Positions 18,320 through 27,372 of a DNA stretch of 64,000 bases are shown here, piece after piece (the first letter of the stretch is position 1; every line of letters starts with the position of its first letter). A model generated the notes under the pieces. It was not told the DNA's origin. It saw only the letters and a list, made by a program, of their open reading frames with translations, and did not search any database. The position numbers were made by a program, and so were the translations under genes. The stretch comes from a virus (taxonomy: Duplodnaviria > Caudoviricetes): IMG/VR virus record IMGVR_UViG_3300027986_000001, positions 1-64,000 of that record, one strand, 5' to 3'.

Positions 18320-18811
18320 GTGGCTAAGATTGTCCGTAACATAGGCGCAAGAAAGCGCCGCCGCTCCCTTCCCCCGGTGCCGGAGCCAATTCCGGATCTA
18401 GTGCTACCCGATAACCTCAACAAAACAAATATCACCGCCCGGTCGCTCCAAAAGGGTGCGTACCAGAAAAAGCTACTCCAGTTCTTTGCCCCGTACTTGT
18501 TACCCGATGCTTTTAACGCCCTGCGCCGCCTCATCCAGTCCGACAATATAGAGGCCGCCAAGAAGACGCTGGAAGCCTACGGCGTGCTCTCCGCGCCCAA
18601 GGGGGCTACGACTATCATTGCCCCGCAGTTCAACAACGAGAACAAGGCCGAGGCCATGGCCCAGGCCGCCGCCATAGCGGCCAAGAAGCAGGACGACGCC
18701 AAGGGAATCAGCGATTTCGAGAGTATGATCCGGTTAGTCGAGGAAGGGCAGAAGACGATCTTACTCCAGCCCGCCCAGTACGAGCCCACGCCCGAAGGCG
18801 CAGCCGAGTAG
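18320..18811 (+). CDS. terS: putative terminase small subunit
   Basis: Position directly before TerL; helical, 163 aa. Confidence 0.55.
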   Translation: MAKIVRNIGARKRRRSLPPVPEPIPDLVLPDNLNKTNITARSLQKGAYQKKLLQFFAPYLLPDAFNALRRLIQSDNIEAAKKTLEAYGVLSAPKGATTIIAPQFNNENKAEAMAQAAAIAAKKQDDAKGISDFESMIRLVEEGQKTILLQPAQYEPTPEGAAE

Positions 18812-18814
18812 TAT

Positions 18815-21046
18815 ATGGCGCGTGACGCCGGGATAGACGCCCTAGTCGAGTACTACGACCGCCATATTCCTGACCGCTTCGGATTCAAGCCGGAGGAGTG
18901 GGTACAGCTTCCGCAGGCGCAGCAAATCGCAATGCTAACCCCGCAGGAACGACAGGCGATATTCGAGCAAGTGCAACTCTGCAAGTCCAGCTTTGAATAC
19001 GCTGCGCGCAACTATTTCTGGTTGGTGAACAACGAATCAAAGGACCAACTCTTCAGTCTCTGGGAGAGCCAGTATCTGGTCCTAGAAACGATGCGTCGGA
19101 TTAAAGAACGCGGCAAGGCGCAGAAAATTTTCGTGATCAAGGCCCGCAGACTCGGATGTTCAACTTTGATCGAGGCCCTGATTGCCTGGAGGGCAATTTT
19201 CTTCCGCAACGTGTACGGAATCGTAATTTCAGTTGACGAGGACGATGCGGCCTACCTGTTCGGATTCATGCAGCACTTCTACGACAAACTGCCGTGGTGG
19301 ATGAAGCCGGAGATCTCGTCCCGCGAAATCAAAGGCGGTCTAATATTTGACAGAAAAGACCCAAGTTTACGTGCCGTAAATCCGGGAAATAACTCGGAGG
19401 TCAAAGTTCAGTATTCCACGCAGTTCTCTGGTGTCGGCCAGGGCCGCCGCGTAAGTGCGGCTCACATTAGCGAAATGAGTGACTACGAACAAAAGCGCGC
19501 TGAGGAGATCGTAATGGAGGATCTCACGCCAGCTATCCATCCTACGCCGGAAAACTTTGCCTTCATCGAAACAACCGGCAAGGGAACTGGCAATATGACT
19601 CACCGCCTATGGCGGGCGTCTGAAAAGTTGGCCGAACGGGCGGAATGGTATCCCTTGTTTCTTGCGTCATTCTTCGAGCACAGTCGAACGATATTCGTTC
19701 CTGATGAGTGGAAACCGCAGCGGCCAGAGTTGGCCATTCGCGAGCGAGTCCGAAAGGAATGGGTAAAGTGCAATCACTGTAATCAGTTTCAGCACGCCAT
19801 AGAAGATCGGGTGAAGATGCTGGATGCTACCTGCCCAATGTGCTTAAAGGGGAAAATGCTGGAGGTTATCCTGACCCCTGGTCAGCTTGGGTGGATGGAG
19901 GAGCGCAGGATTCAGGCCGAGGCCAACGGTCGTGAGGCGGTCAAGAAGTACAGGCAGGAATTTTCGATCTCGGCGGAGGAGAGCTTCCAGGTTAGCGGTT
20001 ATTCAGTTTTTGATGACCAGTGCTACGAGAAAGTCACGGAAACGATCGAAGACCCGGAGCATAATGCTTACGTAAAAGTCGGCCTGATTGGCAACCCAGA
20101 CGGTAAGTTCCACGGCTATAATCCCGACACCAAAAAGTGCTACGCCGAGGGCTGCACCGACGATCACCGCATGCTGTCGCCGATGGACGCGCTGTTCACG
20201 ATCTACCGCGATCCAGTTCCAGGCGCTGAATATTCTATCGGCTGCGACGTGTCCGAGGGGATCGGGGAAGACTATAGCGTTATCTTCGTGAACCGAATCG
20301 GGGGGCAGCATGCTCCGGATGAGGAGGTCGCCGTCTGGCGGGACAACTGGACCGACCCAAAGGCCGTATCGTTCTTCTGTAACGCGATTGGCCGCATGTA
20401 CAATGACGCCTTGATGGCTATCGAGTACAACCTCTACAACATTGTCGGCGACGACGTGCTGTACAAATACCAGTACCCCAATATCTACATCTGGAAAAAC
20501 AAAGAAAACCGCCACGGCGTTCTAACCCACAAATACCATTGGTGGACGAAGGCCGGGAGCAAGACGCTGCTCTACCAGACGGCGAGATCATGGCTCCGAT
20601 CCGGCGCGTGGATCATTCATTCCAAATTATTCCGCGACGAGATGACGACCTTTGTCAAAGAAGGTTTTGAGGAGAGAAACGCAAAACACGCCCAAGATCA
20701 GCACGATGATTTGCTTATGGCAGCAATGATCAGTCTCTACTGCCCCCATGAACTCGATACGCAGGAAGGCACGGGCAGAATACCTGTCCCGCAAATCGAG
20801 GACAACAATGCTCCCAAGGACTGGTTAATGCGCTGTGGTGCCTGCGGCGGGGAATGGGAGGCCGAGAGGCCGGACGTGTTTTACTCCTGCCCGCTGCCGG
20901 ATGAGGTAAATGGCGGCGTATGCGGGTCGATTCAGATCACCGGCAAGCGCAAGATTGAGCAGAGAAACGAAGTAAGGATAGACTTCCCGCCGGGGAGTGT
21001 TGAGGAAGCTGGCTCCAACGCTGAATTAAGTTGGAACCAGCTTTGA
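18815..21046 (+). CDS. terL: terminase large subunit
   Basis: Walker A VIKARRLGCST, Walker B AHISE, IETTGKG, nuclease IGCDVSEGIGEDYS, AIEYN, HDDLLMA. Confidence 0.95.
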   Translation: MARDAGIDALVEYYDRHIPDRFGFKPEEWVQLPQAQQIAMLTPQERQAIFEQVQLCKSSFEYAARNYFWLVNNESKDQLFSLWESQYLVLETMRRIKERGKAQKIFVIKARRLGCSTLIEALIAWRAIFFRNVYGIVISVDEDDAAYLFGFMQHFYDKLPWWMKPEISSREIKGGLIFDRKDPSLRAVNPGNNSEVKVQYSTQFSGVGQGRRVSAAHISEMSDYEQKRAEEIVMEDLTPAIHPTPENFAFIETTGKGTGNMTHRLWRASEKLAERAEWYPLFLASFFEHSRTIFVPDEWKPQRPELAIRERVRKEWVKCNHCNQFQHAIEDRVKMLDATCPMCLKGKMLEVILTPGQLGWMEERRIQAEANGREAVKKYRQEFSISAEESFQVSGYSVFDDQCYEKVTETIEDPEHNAYVKVGLIGNPDGKFHGYNPDTKKCYAEGCTDDHRMLSPMDALFTIYRDPVPGAEYSIGCDVSEGIGEDYSVIFVNRIGGQHAPDEEVAVWRDNWTDPKAVSFFCNAIGRMYNDALMAIEYNLYNIVGDDVLYKYQYPNIYIWKNKENRHGVLTHKYHWWTKAGSKTLLYQTARSWLRSGAWIIHSKLFRDEMTTFVKEGFEERNAKHAQDQHDDLLMAAMISLYCPHELDTQEGTGRIPVPQIEDNNAPKDWLMRCGACGGEWEAERPDVFYSCPLPDEVNGGVCGSIQITGKRKIEQRNEVRIDFPPGSVEEAGSNAELSWNQL

Positions 21047-21047
21047 G

Positions 21048-21117
21048 GGCACGAGCCATTTCGCGCCTGACCATTCCGTACTGGTCCTGTCCTACCCGCT
21101 TCGGTCCTCACCACGCC
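21048..21117 (-). ncRNA. orphan pentamer array C (14 pentamers)
   Basis: Minus strand: ggcgt ggtga ggacc gaagc gggta ggaca ggacc agtac ggaat ggtca ggcgc gaaat ggctc gtgcc; TATACT just upstream. Confidence 0.8.
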
Positions 21118-21176
21118 CGAAATCAGTATAGTACAAAACTCTTGACTTTGAGCAAAATGTTTTACATACTTCTCTC

Positions 21177-21743
21177 ATGCCAAAAACACTGATTCACACG
21201 CAAATCGAGTTGGAGTCAGAGCAGATTGAAAAGTTGACCAGTATGGTAGAAGAAGAGGCATCCGTGGCCGAGAAGGTAGGGGGGCTAGCCCAGACTGCTC
21301 TGACTGATCTAGCTAACGGCGGAATGATGTTAGAGCCAATCACGATGCGCGCTCTGGAGCAGTCCATTGGACAAGCCATCGAAGGGCAGGGCCAAATCCT
21401 TAGTTTGGTCGAGGCCGGTGCCGGTCAAGCAGACGGAAGGATGGTGCTAAAGTGGAGCATCGACCCAACGTACATGCCGCAATTGGAGGCAATGGCGACG
21501 TTCCAGGAGTGTTCGGTATTAGAACTTGCGCAGCGGACAATTGACACTTGCGTGGACCAGGGATGGGCTATCGGGGATGTGCAGCCGATGCCGGAGCGCG
21601 TGCTGATGTCCAAGGAAGACAAGTCGGCCATAGAGCAGGTGCTGGGCGGCGCGTTCACTAACGGGACAGAATTGTCCCAGCTACTCAAGGTCGCCCTCGG
21701 CATGACCTCACCCTTCACCGAGGAGCCACTGGCGGCGAAGTAG
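21177..21743 (+). CDS. hypothetical protein
   Basis: Leaderless promoter TTGACT 21142/CATACT 21165. Confidence 0.7.
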   Translation: MPKTLIHTQIELESEQIEKLTSMVEEEASVAEKVGGLAQTALTDLANGGMMLEPITMRALEQSIGQAIEGQGQILSLVEAGAGQADGRMVLKWSIDPTYMPQLEAMATFQECSVLELAQRTIDTCVDQGWAIGDVQPMPERVLMSKEDKSAIEQVLGGAFTNGTELSQLLKVALGMTSPFTEEPLAAK

Positions 21744-21851
21744 TCCAATATTAGACAAGCAGGGCGATGAGCTATCTGGATAAAACGCAAGGGCCGATCG
21801 TAGGCCACCGCGCCTTTTTCGGGAGGCGCGGGCTACGACCAAGACCCCCGG

Positions 21852-22139
21852 ATGTTGGGCGCTGCAAATAATGCTATCGGCTCCGGGATGTCGGGCATGC
21901 AACAGGCTCAAGCGTACCAAGGATTCCGCACCTCAATAGGGCTGTTCGGCTCTTTGTCAGTCAGCAGCACATCAGACCTATCTGCTGTCCAGCATCGTCT
22001 TGATCCAAGGATCGAGAAGCTGGTTAAGATGGCCGAAAACGCCAGCGATACGGCGCTGGAAGGTATCCTGGAAACGGCTGAAGTAATCAATACGCTTCAC
22101 CCCAAGATCGAGAAAGGCGGACTAGATGCAGCTTCCTGA
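21852..22139 (+). CDS. hypothetical protein, LHP-motif paralog (true start may be near 21768 with a T-run frameshift)
   Basis: ILETAEVINTLHP. Confidence 0.5.
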   Translation: MLGAANNAIGSGMSGMQQAQAYQGFRTSIGLFGSLSVSSTSDLSAVQHRLDPRIEKLVKMAENASDTALEGILETAEVINTLHPKIEKGGLDAAS

Positions 22140-22314
22140 TGGCGTAGAGTTGTGGACCATCGAAGGTCCTCAAGGTGACCGCCTGATTTTCACGTCGGGC
22201 GGAAGATACGTCGGATTCATTACGGTAGGCTGTGATCTATCGCCGGAGGCCGTGGTCCTACTTGCGCAGCAGGGCATAGAGCAGGACTGGGACGAGATGC
22301 AGGGGGAGATCTAG
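22126..22314 (+). CDS. small hypothetical protein
   Basis: ORF track. Confidence 0.45.
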   Translation: MQLPDGVELWTIEGPQGDRLIFTSGGRYVGFITVGCDLSPEAVVLLAQQGIEQDWDEMQGEI

Positions 22315-22331
22315 CGGCCCGGTGTTGACGT

Positions 22332-22425
22332 GGCAGGAGTGGCGAGGTCAGGATAGGTTAGGTCCGGTCAGGCGCGGCGCAGGGAGGAGAGATATGGCAT
22401 GTTCCGGTCTGGCAGGGCAGGAAGG
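22332..22425 (+). ncRNA. orphan pentamer array D (15 pentamers after GGCA)
   Basis: ggca ggagt ggcga ggtca ggata ggtta ggtcc ggtca ggcgc ggcgc aggga ggaga gatat ggcat gttcc ggtct ggcag. Confidence 0.82.
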
Positions 22426-22433
22426 GAAAATGC

Positions 22434-22832
22434 GTGCCGGTATTTGAGCATCAGTGTAACTCTTGCGGAAGGGTGGCCGAGCATTATTACGGTCACCCGC
22501 CGGAGGTGAATCCGCCATGTGAGATTTGCGGCGAGCCGACAGAGCGTCTACTTAGCGCATTTAATTCCCCGTTCACCGGAATCATATCCTCCCGCTACAT
22601 CGACCGTTCGATCAAAGGCTCCGAGTCCGCTAGTGATGGGCATTGGGCTTGGGAGCGCAACACTCCAGACAAAAAGCCAAGGGCTCGGTTTATCAGTTCA
22701 TGGCAGGAGCAGCGGGACTTCTGTAAATCTGAAGGCTTAATCAACCCCCGTGAATGCGGCAATAACATCCAGCCGCGCGATGACGGCAAGGGGCTCCAGA
22801 ACTCGGTCGGGATGCCGGGGTGCGAAGTCTAG
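22434..22832 (+). CDS. FmdB-family zinc-ribbon protein
   Basis: MP.FE..C..CG...E........CEICG....RL.S. Confidence 0.8.
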   Translation: MPVFEHQCNSCGRVAEHYYGHPPEVNPPCEICGEPTERLLSAFNSPFTGIISSRYIDRSIKGSESASDGHWAWERNTPDKKPRARFISSWQEQRDFCKSEGLINPRECGNNIQPRDDGKGLQNSVGMPGCEV

Positions 22833-22919
22833 TCGTTGGGCTGTAAAGTCGGACCCTGGCCTAATCTGCAACTTTTCTCTTTACGAGTACCTAGGGGCAT
22901 GTGTTATATCTAACACAGC

Positions 22920-24791
22920 GTGTTCGCCCCAAGGCCATCCTTGGTACGGCCCAAGTCTGGGACTACAGACATAGGTGACTCGTACGCCAAAAAAATGGTG
23001 GACTGGCGCGATTCGCTTATTCAGCAAGCCTCGACTGAATGGCAGGCCGCCAGATCGTTACAGGAAATTGGTCTATTTATAGACTATCTCTCCGGGAAAA
23101 ATTGGTGGGGCGAAAATCGTCCGCAGTGGCGGTCAAGCGTAGTTGACAACTACCTTGCCGACCAGCGCCGCGAAGCCCTGGCCTCCCTAACTTCCACCCG
23201 CCCCGCCTTCGATGTTTCCTCAACCGTGGAAGCCTACAAGGACCAAGGGAAGATCACCAACGACTACATCAAGCACACCTGGGTCGATGACGACCTAGAC
23301 CTGAAGTTGGTCGAATGGATCGACCATGCTTTATTCGGAACGGGGTTTTGGAAGATCACCTGCTACGAGCCGGGCATCTTTGAGATAACCGCCCACGGGC
23401 TGGATGAGGTCATTCCAGTGATGATGCGCAACGATCTCCAGACCGCCGCCGCCGTAATCTACCGCACCTATCAAAATTTGGACTACTTTATCGGCAAGTT
23501 TGGGCGCGATGCCTGCGAGGGACTGCAGCGCTATGCGGTGCAGCTTAGCACCTCACAGAAGCCGACCAAGTACGCCCGGCCTGACAGTATTCCTGAGTAC
23601 GTCTGGAATCCAATGTCGCCAGCCATGAAGGCGCGGATGAGCAGGCGCAACGGACCGCCGCCGCCGAACTACTCGCCCGTTTCGCCGTTCATCTCCCTCG
23701 AACTGATGGAGATATACTCCGACGACTGGCACTACAACGACACCGACCACGCTTGGCTGATTAAGCACCCGGATCTCGATGTTGACGAGCACAACTATCA
23801 CTACATCGTGCCGCCCAAGGCGCGGCTGTTCCCGCGTAAGCGCCTTACCGTATTCGCCGGAGACAAGGTGATGTACGACGGGCCAGCACCGTTCTGGCAC
23901 GGGCTCTACCCGTTCGTCATGTTGCAACTGAACCCGTGTGTTTGGTCGCCCGGAGGAATCTCCAAATACCGCGATATCCTGCCACTTAACATGCTAGTCA
24001 ACCGGATCGTGGCCGGATTCGATGAGAACATCATGCAGGCACTGAACCAGACCACAATCTCCAAACGCGGCGCGATCGATCCGGTGTCTTGGGAGCGGTT
24101 CATCCCCGGCAAGCCGAATCAGAAATTGCTCATGAACCCCACGGGAGATCCGGTGCGCGACCTCCGTCGTCTCGACCCTCCGATAATCCCGGCGTACGTT
24201 GCTGAGTCGCTACGATACGCGATCGACACAATCAAGAAGCGGTCCGGATCGCTGGATATATCCGGCCTTGCCCGCAAAAAACAGGTGCCGGGCGGAGACG
24301 CTATCGAGAACATGCGAGACGCGATGTCGAGCCCCTTTCAACTCGAAGGGCGCTACGTCGAGGCCGCACTAAAGCGCGCGGGCATACAGGCGGTCAGCCA
24401 CGTTTTTCAGTTCACCACGCTGGAGCGCCGCTTACAGGTTCTTGGGCCGGACGGGCAGACCGAACAGGACTATCAGCCGCCATACGGGAGCATGAGCATG
24501 ATGAGCAGTCCCAAGGAAGATCACTGGAAAAAGTTCCCATTCAAGATCGCTCCGGGGTCGATGCACAGCGCATCCAAGTTCCAGAGAAAATCGGAAGCAA
24601 TCGTATTGAGACGGCAAGGAGATCTCAGTATGCAGGGCCTGTATGAGTTGGCTGAGGTCCCTCTGTCTTATGAGATAGAAAAAACGCGACTAATGCAGGA
24701 ACACAAAGAGGGCATCGGACCGCAGCCGAAAAAGGCAGCGGCGGGTGCTCCACGTACCTCGCGCTCCCAGCGCACGGGGTCACCAATCTGA
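22920..24791 (+). CDS. portal protein
   Basis: 623 aa after TerL; ALFGTGFWK, YDGP.PFWHG.YPF motifs of podovirus-type portals. Confidence 0.85.
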   Translation: MFAPRPSLVRPKSGTTDIGDSYAKKMVDWRDSLIQQASTEWQAARSLQEIGLFIDYLSGKNWWGENRPQWRSSVVDNYLADQRREALASLTSTRPAFDVSSTVEAYKDQGKITNDYIKHTWVDDDLDLKLVEWIDHALFGTGFWKITCYEPGIFEITAHGLDEVIPVMMRNDLQTAAAVIYRTYQNLDYFIGKFGRDACEGLQRYAVQLSTSQKPTKYARPDSIPEYVWNPMSPAMKARMSRRNGPPPPNYSPVSPFISLELMEIYSDDWHYNDTDHAWLIKHPDLDVDEHNYHYIVPPKARLFPRKRLTVFAGDKVMYDGPAPFWHGLYPFVMLQLNPCVWSPGGISKYRDILPLNMLVNRIVAGFDENIMQALNQTTISKRGAIDPVSWERFIPGKPNQKLLMNPTGDPVRDLRRLDPPIIPAYVAESLRYAIDTIKKRSGSLDISGLARKKQVPGGDAIENMRDAMSSPFQLEGRYVEAALKRAGIQAVSHVFQFTTLERRLQVLGPDGQTEQDYQPPYGSMSMMSSPKEDHWKKFPFKIAPGSMHSASKFQRKSEAIVLRRQGDLSMQGLYELAEVPLSYEIEKTRLMQEHKEGIGPQPKKAAAGAPRTSRSQRTGSPI

Positions 24792-24793
24792 TT

Positions 24794-25201
24794 ATGAGCG
24801 CCAGCGCCGAGCCGTTATTCGATAACGATCCGCCGCAAGAGATTGACTACAGCCATCCCGCTTGGCGCGACCCTGCCGCCTTCATCCCACTCGAAGCTCT
24901 GATCGAATACAATCTCGGAGACGTTCCGCAGATAGAAATCCTCGAATGCCAGTTAAGGAACGCTCTGTGCGTGTACGCCATTAAGCACCCGGATGCAATA
25001 AATTCCATCCTTCATCCCCAGCCGCCGCCGAACAAACGGCGCGGCCCCGCCAAGTCAAAGCACAGTCCAATCCTCCGCCTACAGCACCGCATGGGAGCGC
25101 TCACTACGAACCTTAATCTGACGCCGGAACAGCGCAGGATGAACGCCCGCCGCGCAGCCCTGACACGCTGGGGAAGCCCGCAGGGTATCGGCCCCCGCTA
25201 A
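24794..25201 (+). CDS. hypothetical protein with C-terminal LTPEQR...AR.AA..RW motif
   Basis: ORF track. Confidence 0.55.
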   Translation: MSASAEPLFDNDPPQEIDYSHPAWRDPAAFIPLEALIEYNLGDVPQIEILECQLRNALCVYAIKHPDAINSILHPQPPPNKRRGPAKSKHSPILRLQHRMGALTTNLNLTPEQRRMNARRAALTRWGSPQGIGPR

Positions 25202-25301
25202 CCAGTCTAATCTTTTACTGATTCACTTGTTTGACACATAGCGCGCATGGCCCGTAGTTTGTGTCAGCGGGAAGGCACTCTGAGGAAGGAGGACTAAATC
25301 A

Positions 25302-25364
25302 ATGTTCTACAGCACCGAAGAGAAAAACAAGCGGGGCAAAAAGCGCGGTCGGCACCGTAAGTAA
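25302..25364 (+). CDS. 20-aa basic peptide MFYSTEEKNKRGKKRGRHRK
   Basis: Strong AAGGAGG RBS. Confidence 0.55.
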   Translation: MFYSTEEKNKRGKKRGRHRK

Positions 25365-25447
25365 GTCAACGGGAGGCCCTGCGAATAAGGGGCGGGAGGG
25401 TCCCTTGCCAAACTAAAAAATATCCCGCCTCAAAAAAACAGGGAAAT

Positions 25448-25522
25448 ATGGCGAAGGCAGGGAAGAGGAAAGGGCGGCACAAGGGAGCGCGTAAGCTCTA
25501 TGGCCGCAAGAGGTCACGCTGA
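25448..25522 (+). CDS. 24-aa basic peptide MAKAGKRKGRHKGARKLYGRKRSR
   Basis: TGATG coupling to the next gene. Confidence 0.55.
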   Translation: MAKAGKRKGRHKGARKLYGRKRSR

Positions 25523-25815
25523 TGAGCGGAATGAAGCCAACCAACGAAGGCCCAGCCGAGAAGGTAACACTCGGCAAAGGCCCGCAGGATATGGCCGATC
25601 GCGGCGGGCAAAAGCCCAACGCGCAAATCACTTCGACTCGCGTGAGCTTGAGCCGCACCGAGCATTCTGTGGCGCAGGCCGGGATCAAGGCTGGGATGGG
25701 AGAAATTCAAGTCGAGAGCACGCGGTGCTCTCTGAATCGGGCCGAGGCCGATCCGTACGGCATGATCAACAAGAACCAGCCGCGCTCGCCGCTTCCGTCG
25801 AGACGAAAGAGTTAA
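25522..25815 (+). CDS. head-region hypothetical protein
   Basis: Coupled ORF. Confidence 0.55.
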   Translation: MSGMKPTNEGPAEKVTLGKGPQDMADRGGQKPNAQITSTRVSLSRTEHSVAQAGIKAGMGEIQVESTRCSLNRAEADPYGMINKNQPRSPLPSRRKS

Positions 25816-25819
25816 ATGA

Positions 25820-26182
25820 GTGGCTACCGCAGCGCCTCCGTTACCACCGGAAGTCGAGCAGCAGCAGGACCCGAAGCAGGCGCAGTCCGTATTCGCGCAG
25901 CAAGGGTTGCCGCAGGCCCAGCCCGGCATGGAAAACGTCAAGGCGCTTGCCGCGAAATTGCAAGGCTTGGAAAAGCAAATCATGGAGATCCGGGATCTCG
26001 GGGATCAGGTAAACCCAGACTTCAAGGCGTTCTTGGTGCCGGTGTTGAACGGCTTGGTTACATACCAGAAAGCCCTGCAGAAAATGACGCAGGAATCGGG
26101 TATGGCGATGGGATCTCCGGTAGCGCCGCAGCAGCCGCCGATGAATCCGGCTTCCGGACCGCCGGACCCAAACGCGGCGTGA
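25820..26182 (+). CDS. Gln/Pro-rich head-region protein
   Basis: ORF track. Confidence 0.6.
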   Translation: MATAAPPLPPEVEQQQDPKQAQSVFAQQGLPQAQPGMENVKALAAKLQGLEKQIMEIRDLGDQVNPDFKAFLVPVLNGLVTYQKALQKMTQESGMAMGSPVAPQQPPMNPASGPPDPNAA

Positions 26183-26205
26183 TGTTTTCCGACGAGGGCT
26201 GAAGC

Positions 26206-26301
26206 ATGAAGAGGCCGAGCAAAAAGCGGGGCATGGCGCAACTGGAAAAGATCTACGGGCGCATGGGGCGCTCGAAAAAAATGCGCAAACGCACGAGGTG
26301 A
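26206..26301 (+). CDS. 31-aa basic peptide MKRPSKKRGMAQLEKIYGRMGRSKKMRKRTR
   Basis: GAGGG RBS; translated by hand. Confidence 0.5.
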   Translation: MKRPSKKRGMAQLEKIYGRMGRSKKMRKRTR

Positions 26302-26305
26302 GCAT

Positions 26306-26416
26306 ATGGCCGGGCTGAAGAAACGAATGTCAAAAAAGCGGATGAATATGAAGCGCGGCGTCGTCCCCGTCACGCACAAGATTCACCGCAAACTGAAACG
26401 CGATCCGAGGAGATAG
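26306..26416 (+). CDS. 36-aa basic peptide MAGLKKRMSKKRMNMKRGVVPVTHKIHRKLKRDPRR
   Basis: GAGGTG RBS; translated by hand. Confidence 0.5.
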   Translation: MAGLKKRMSKKRMNMKRGVVPVTHKIHRKLKRDPRR

Positions 26417-26418
26417 CT

Positions 26419-27369
26419 GTGGCATTCGAAGATTTACTGAAAACCATTGCCGATGAAACCGACCGCGCCGGAGTCGAGCAGTTGGCAAAGAAGTACCCAG
26501 TACTCAAAGAAGCCGGGGACATCCTCGACAAGGTGAAGGCCGCGCAGCCGCATCTGAGTCGCCTGAAGGAGTTAACCGGGCGCGAGTTCGATCCGGCGGG
26601 AGCCGCTAAGTTCGCCGCCGATTGGCAGGGATGGGCCGCCGACCAGTGGGACCGCGAGAATAACGCGACCAAGAGCGAACTCGCCACCAAGGCATTGCTC
26701 GATCAGGCGCAGGCCAGGATTGCCGAACTCGAACAGTTAGGAGCAAGCGACGTGACTATCGAAGAAATGAAGTCCGAGCTTAACAAGGCCCTCACCGAGG
26801 CCGGTGTGGTGACCAAGAAAGATCTGCCGACGCTGTTGCCGATGGACCGCTTGTTCGACAAGGAAGGCAAGCCGCGTGTGGCCACAATGGATGACGTTTC
26901 CGGATGGACGAACGGGTTGGCAGGGCGTTTCCAGGAAGCGTTCGCCGAGTTGACGCCGGAAGTCAACCGGCACTTCCAGACATTCGGAGAATACCCGGAC
27001 CTGAACAAAGTTTTCAGCACGATGCTCGAAGAACAGAAGGCCGCTGGTGGACGCCCAGTGAAGCCGCTCGATGCGTATCGTAAGACCTACTCCGAGCAGT
27101 TCGCGGCCAAGGAAAAAGAGGCCATGGAAAAAAAGATTGCCGACGCCAAGGCCGAAGGTATCGCCGAAGGCAAGAAGGCCGTCCAGCAATCCACGGGTGG
27201 CCGCGCAATCCCGATCGACAGCCGAGGCGGTTTGGCGATGGGGGCCGTAGCGCGCCGGGTGCAAGCCAAGATCCAGAAGGATGCGGACGGCAAGACCATC
27301 GAGGCCCCGCTGGGCCGAGGAATTATCGCCGCGAAGGCCGCTGAAGAGTTTCTGGCGAAGCAGGCGTAA
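26419..27369 (+). CDS. putative capsid scaffolding protein
   Basis: Helical/coiled, charged, upstream of the capsid gene; GAGGAG RBS. Confidence 0.65.
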   Translation: MAFEDLLKTIADETDRAGVEQLAKKYPVLKEAGDILDKVKAAQPHLSRLKELTGREFDPAGAAKFAADWQGWAADQWDRENNATKSELATKALLDQAQARIAELEQLGASDVTIEEMKSELNKALTEAGVVTKKDLPTLLPMDRLFDKEGKPRVATMDDVSGWTNGLAGRFQEAFAELTPEVNRHFQTFGEYPDLNKVFSTMLEEQKAAGGRPVKPLDAYRKTYSEQFAAKEKEAMEKKIADAKAEGIAEGKKAVQQSTGGRAIPIDSRGGLAMGAVARRVQAKIQKDADGKTIEAPLGRGIIAAKAAEEFLAKQA

Positions 27370-27372
27370 GAT

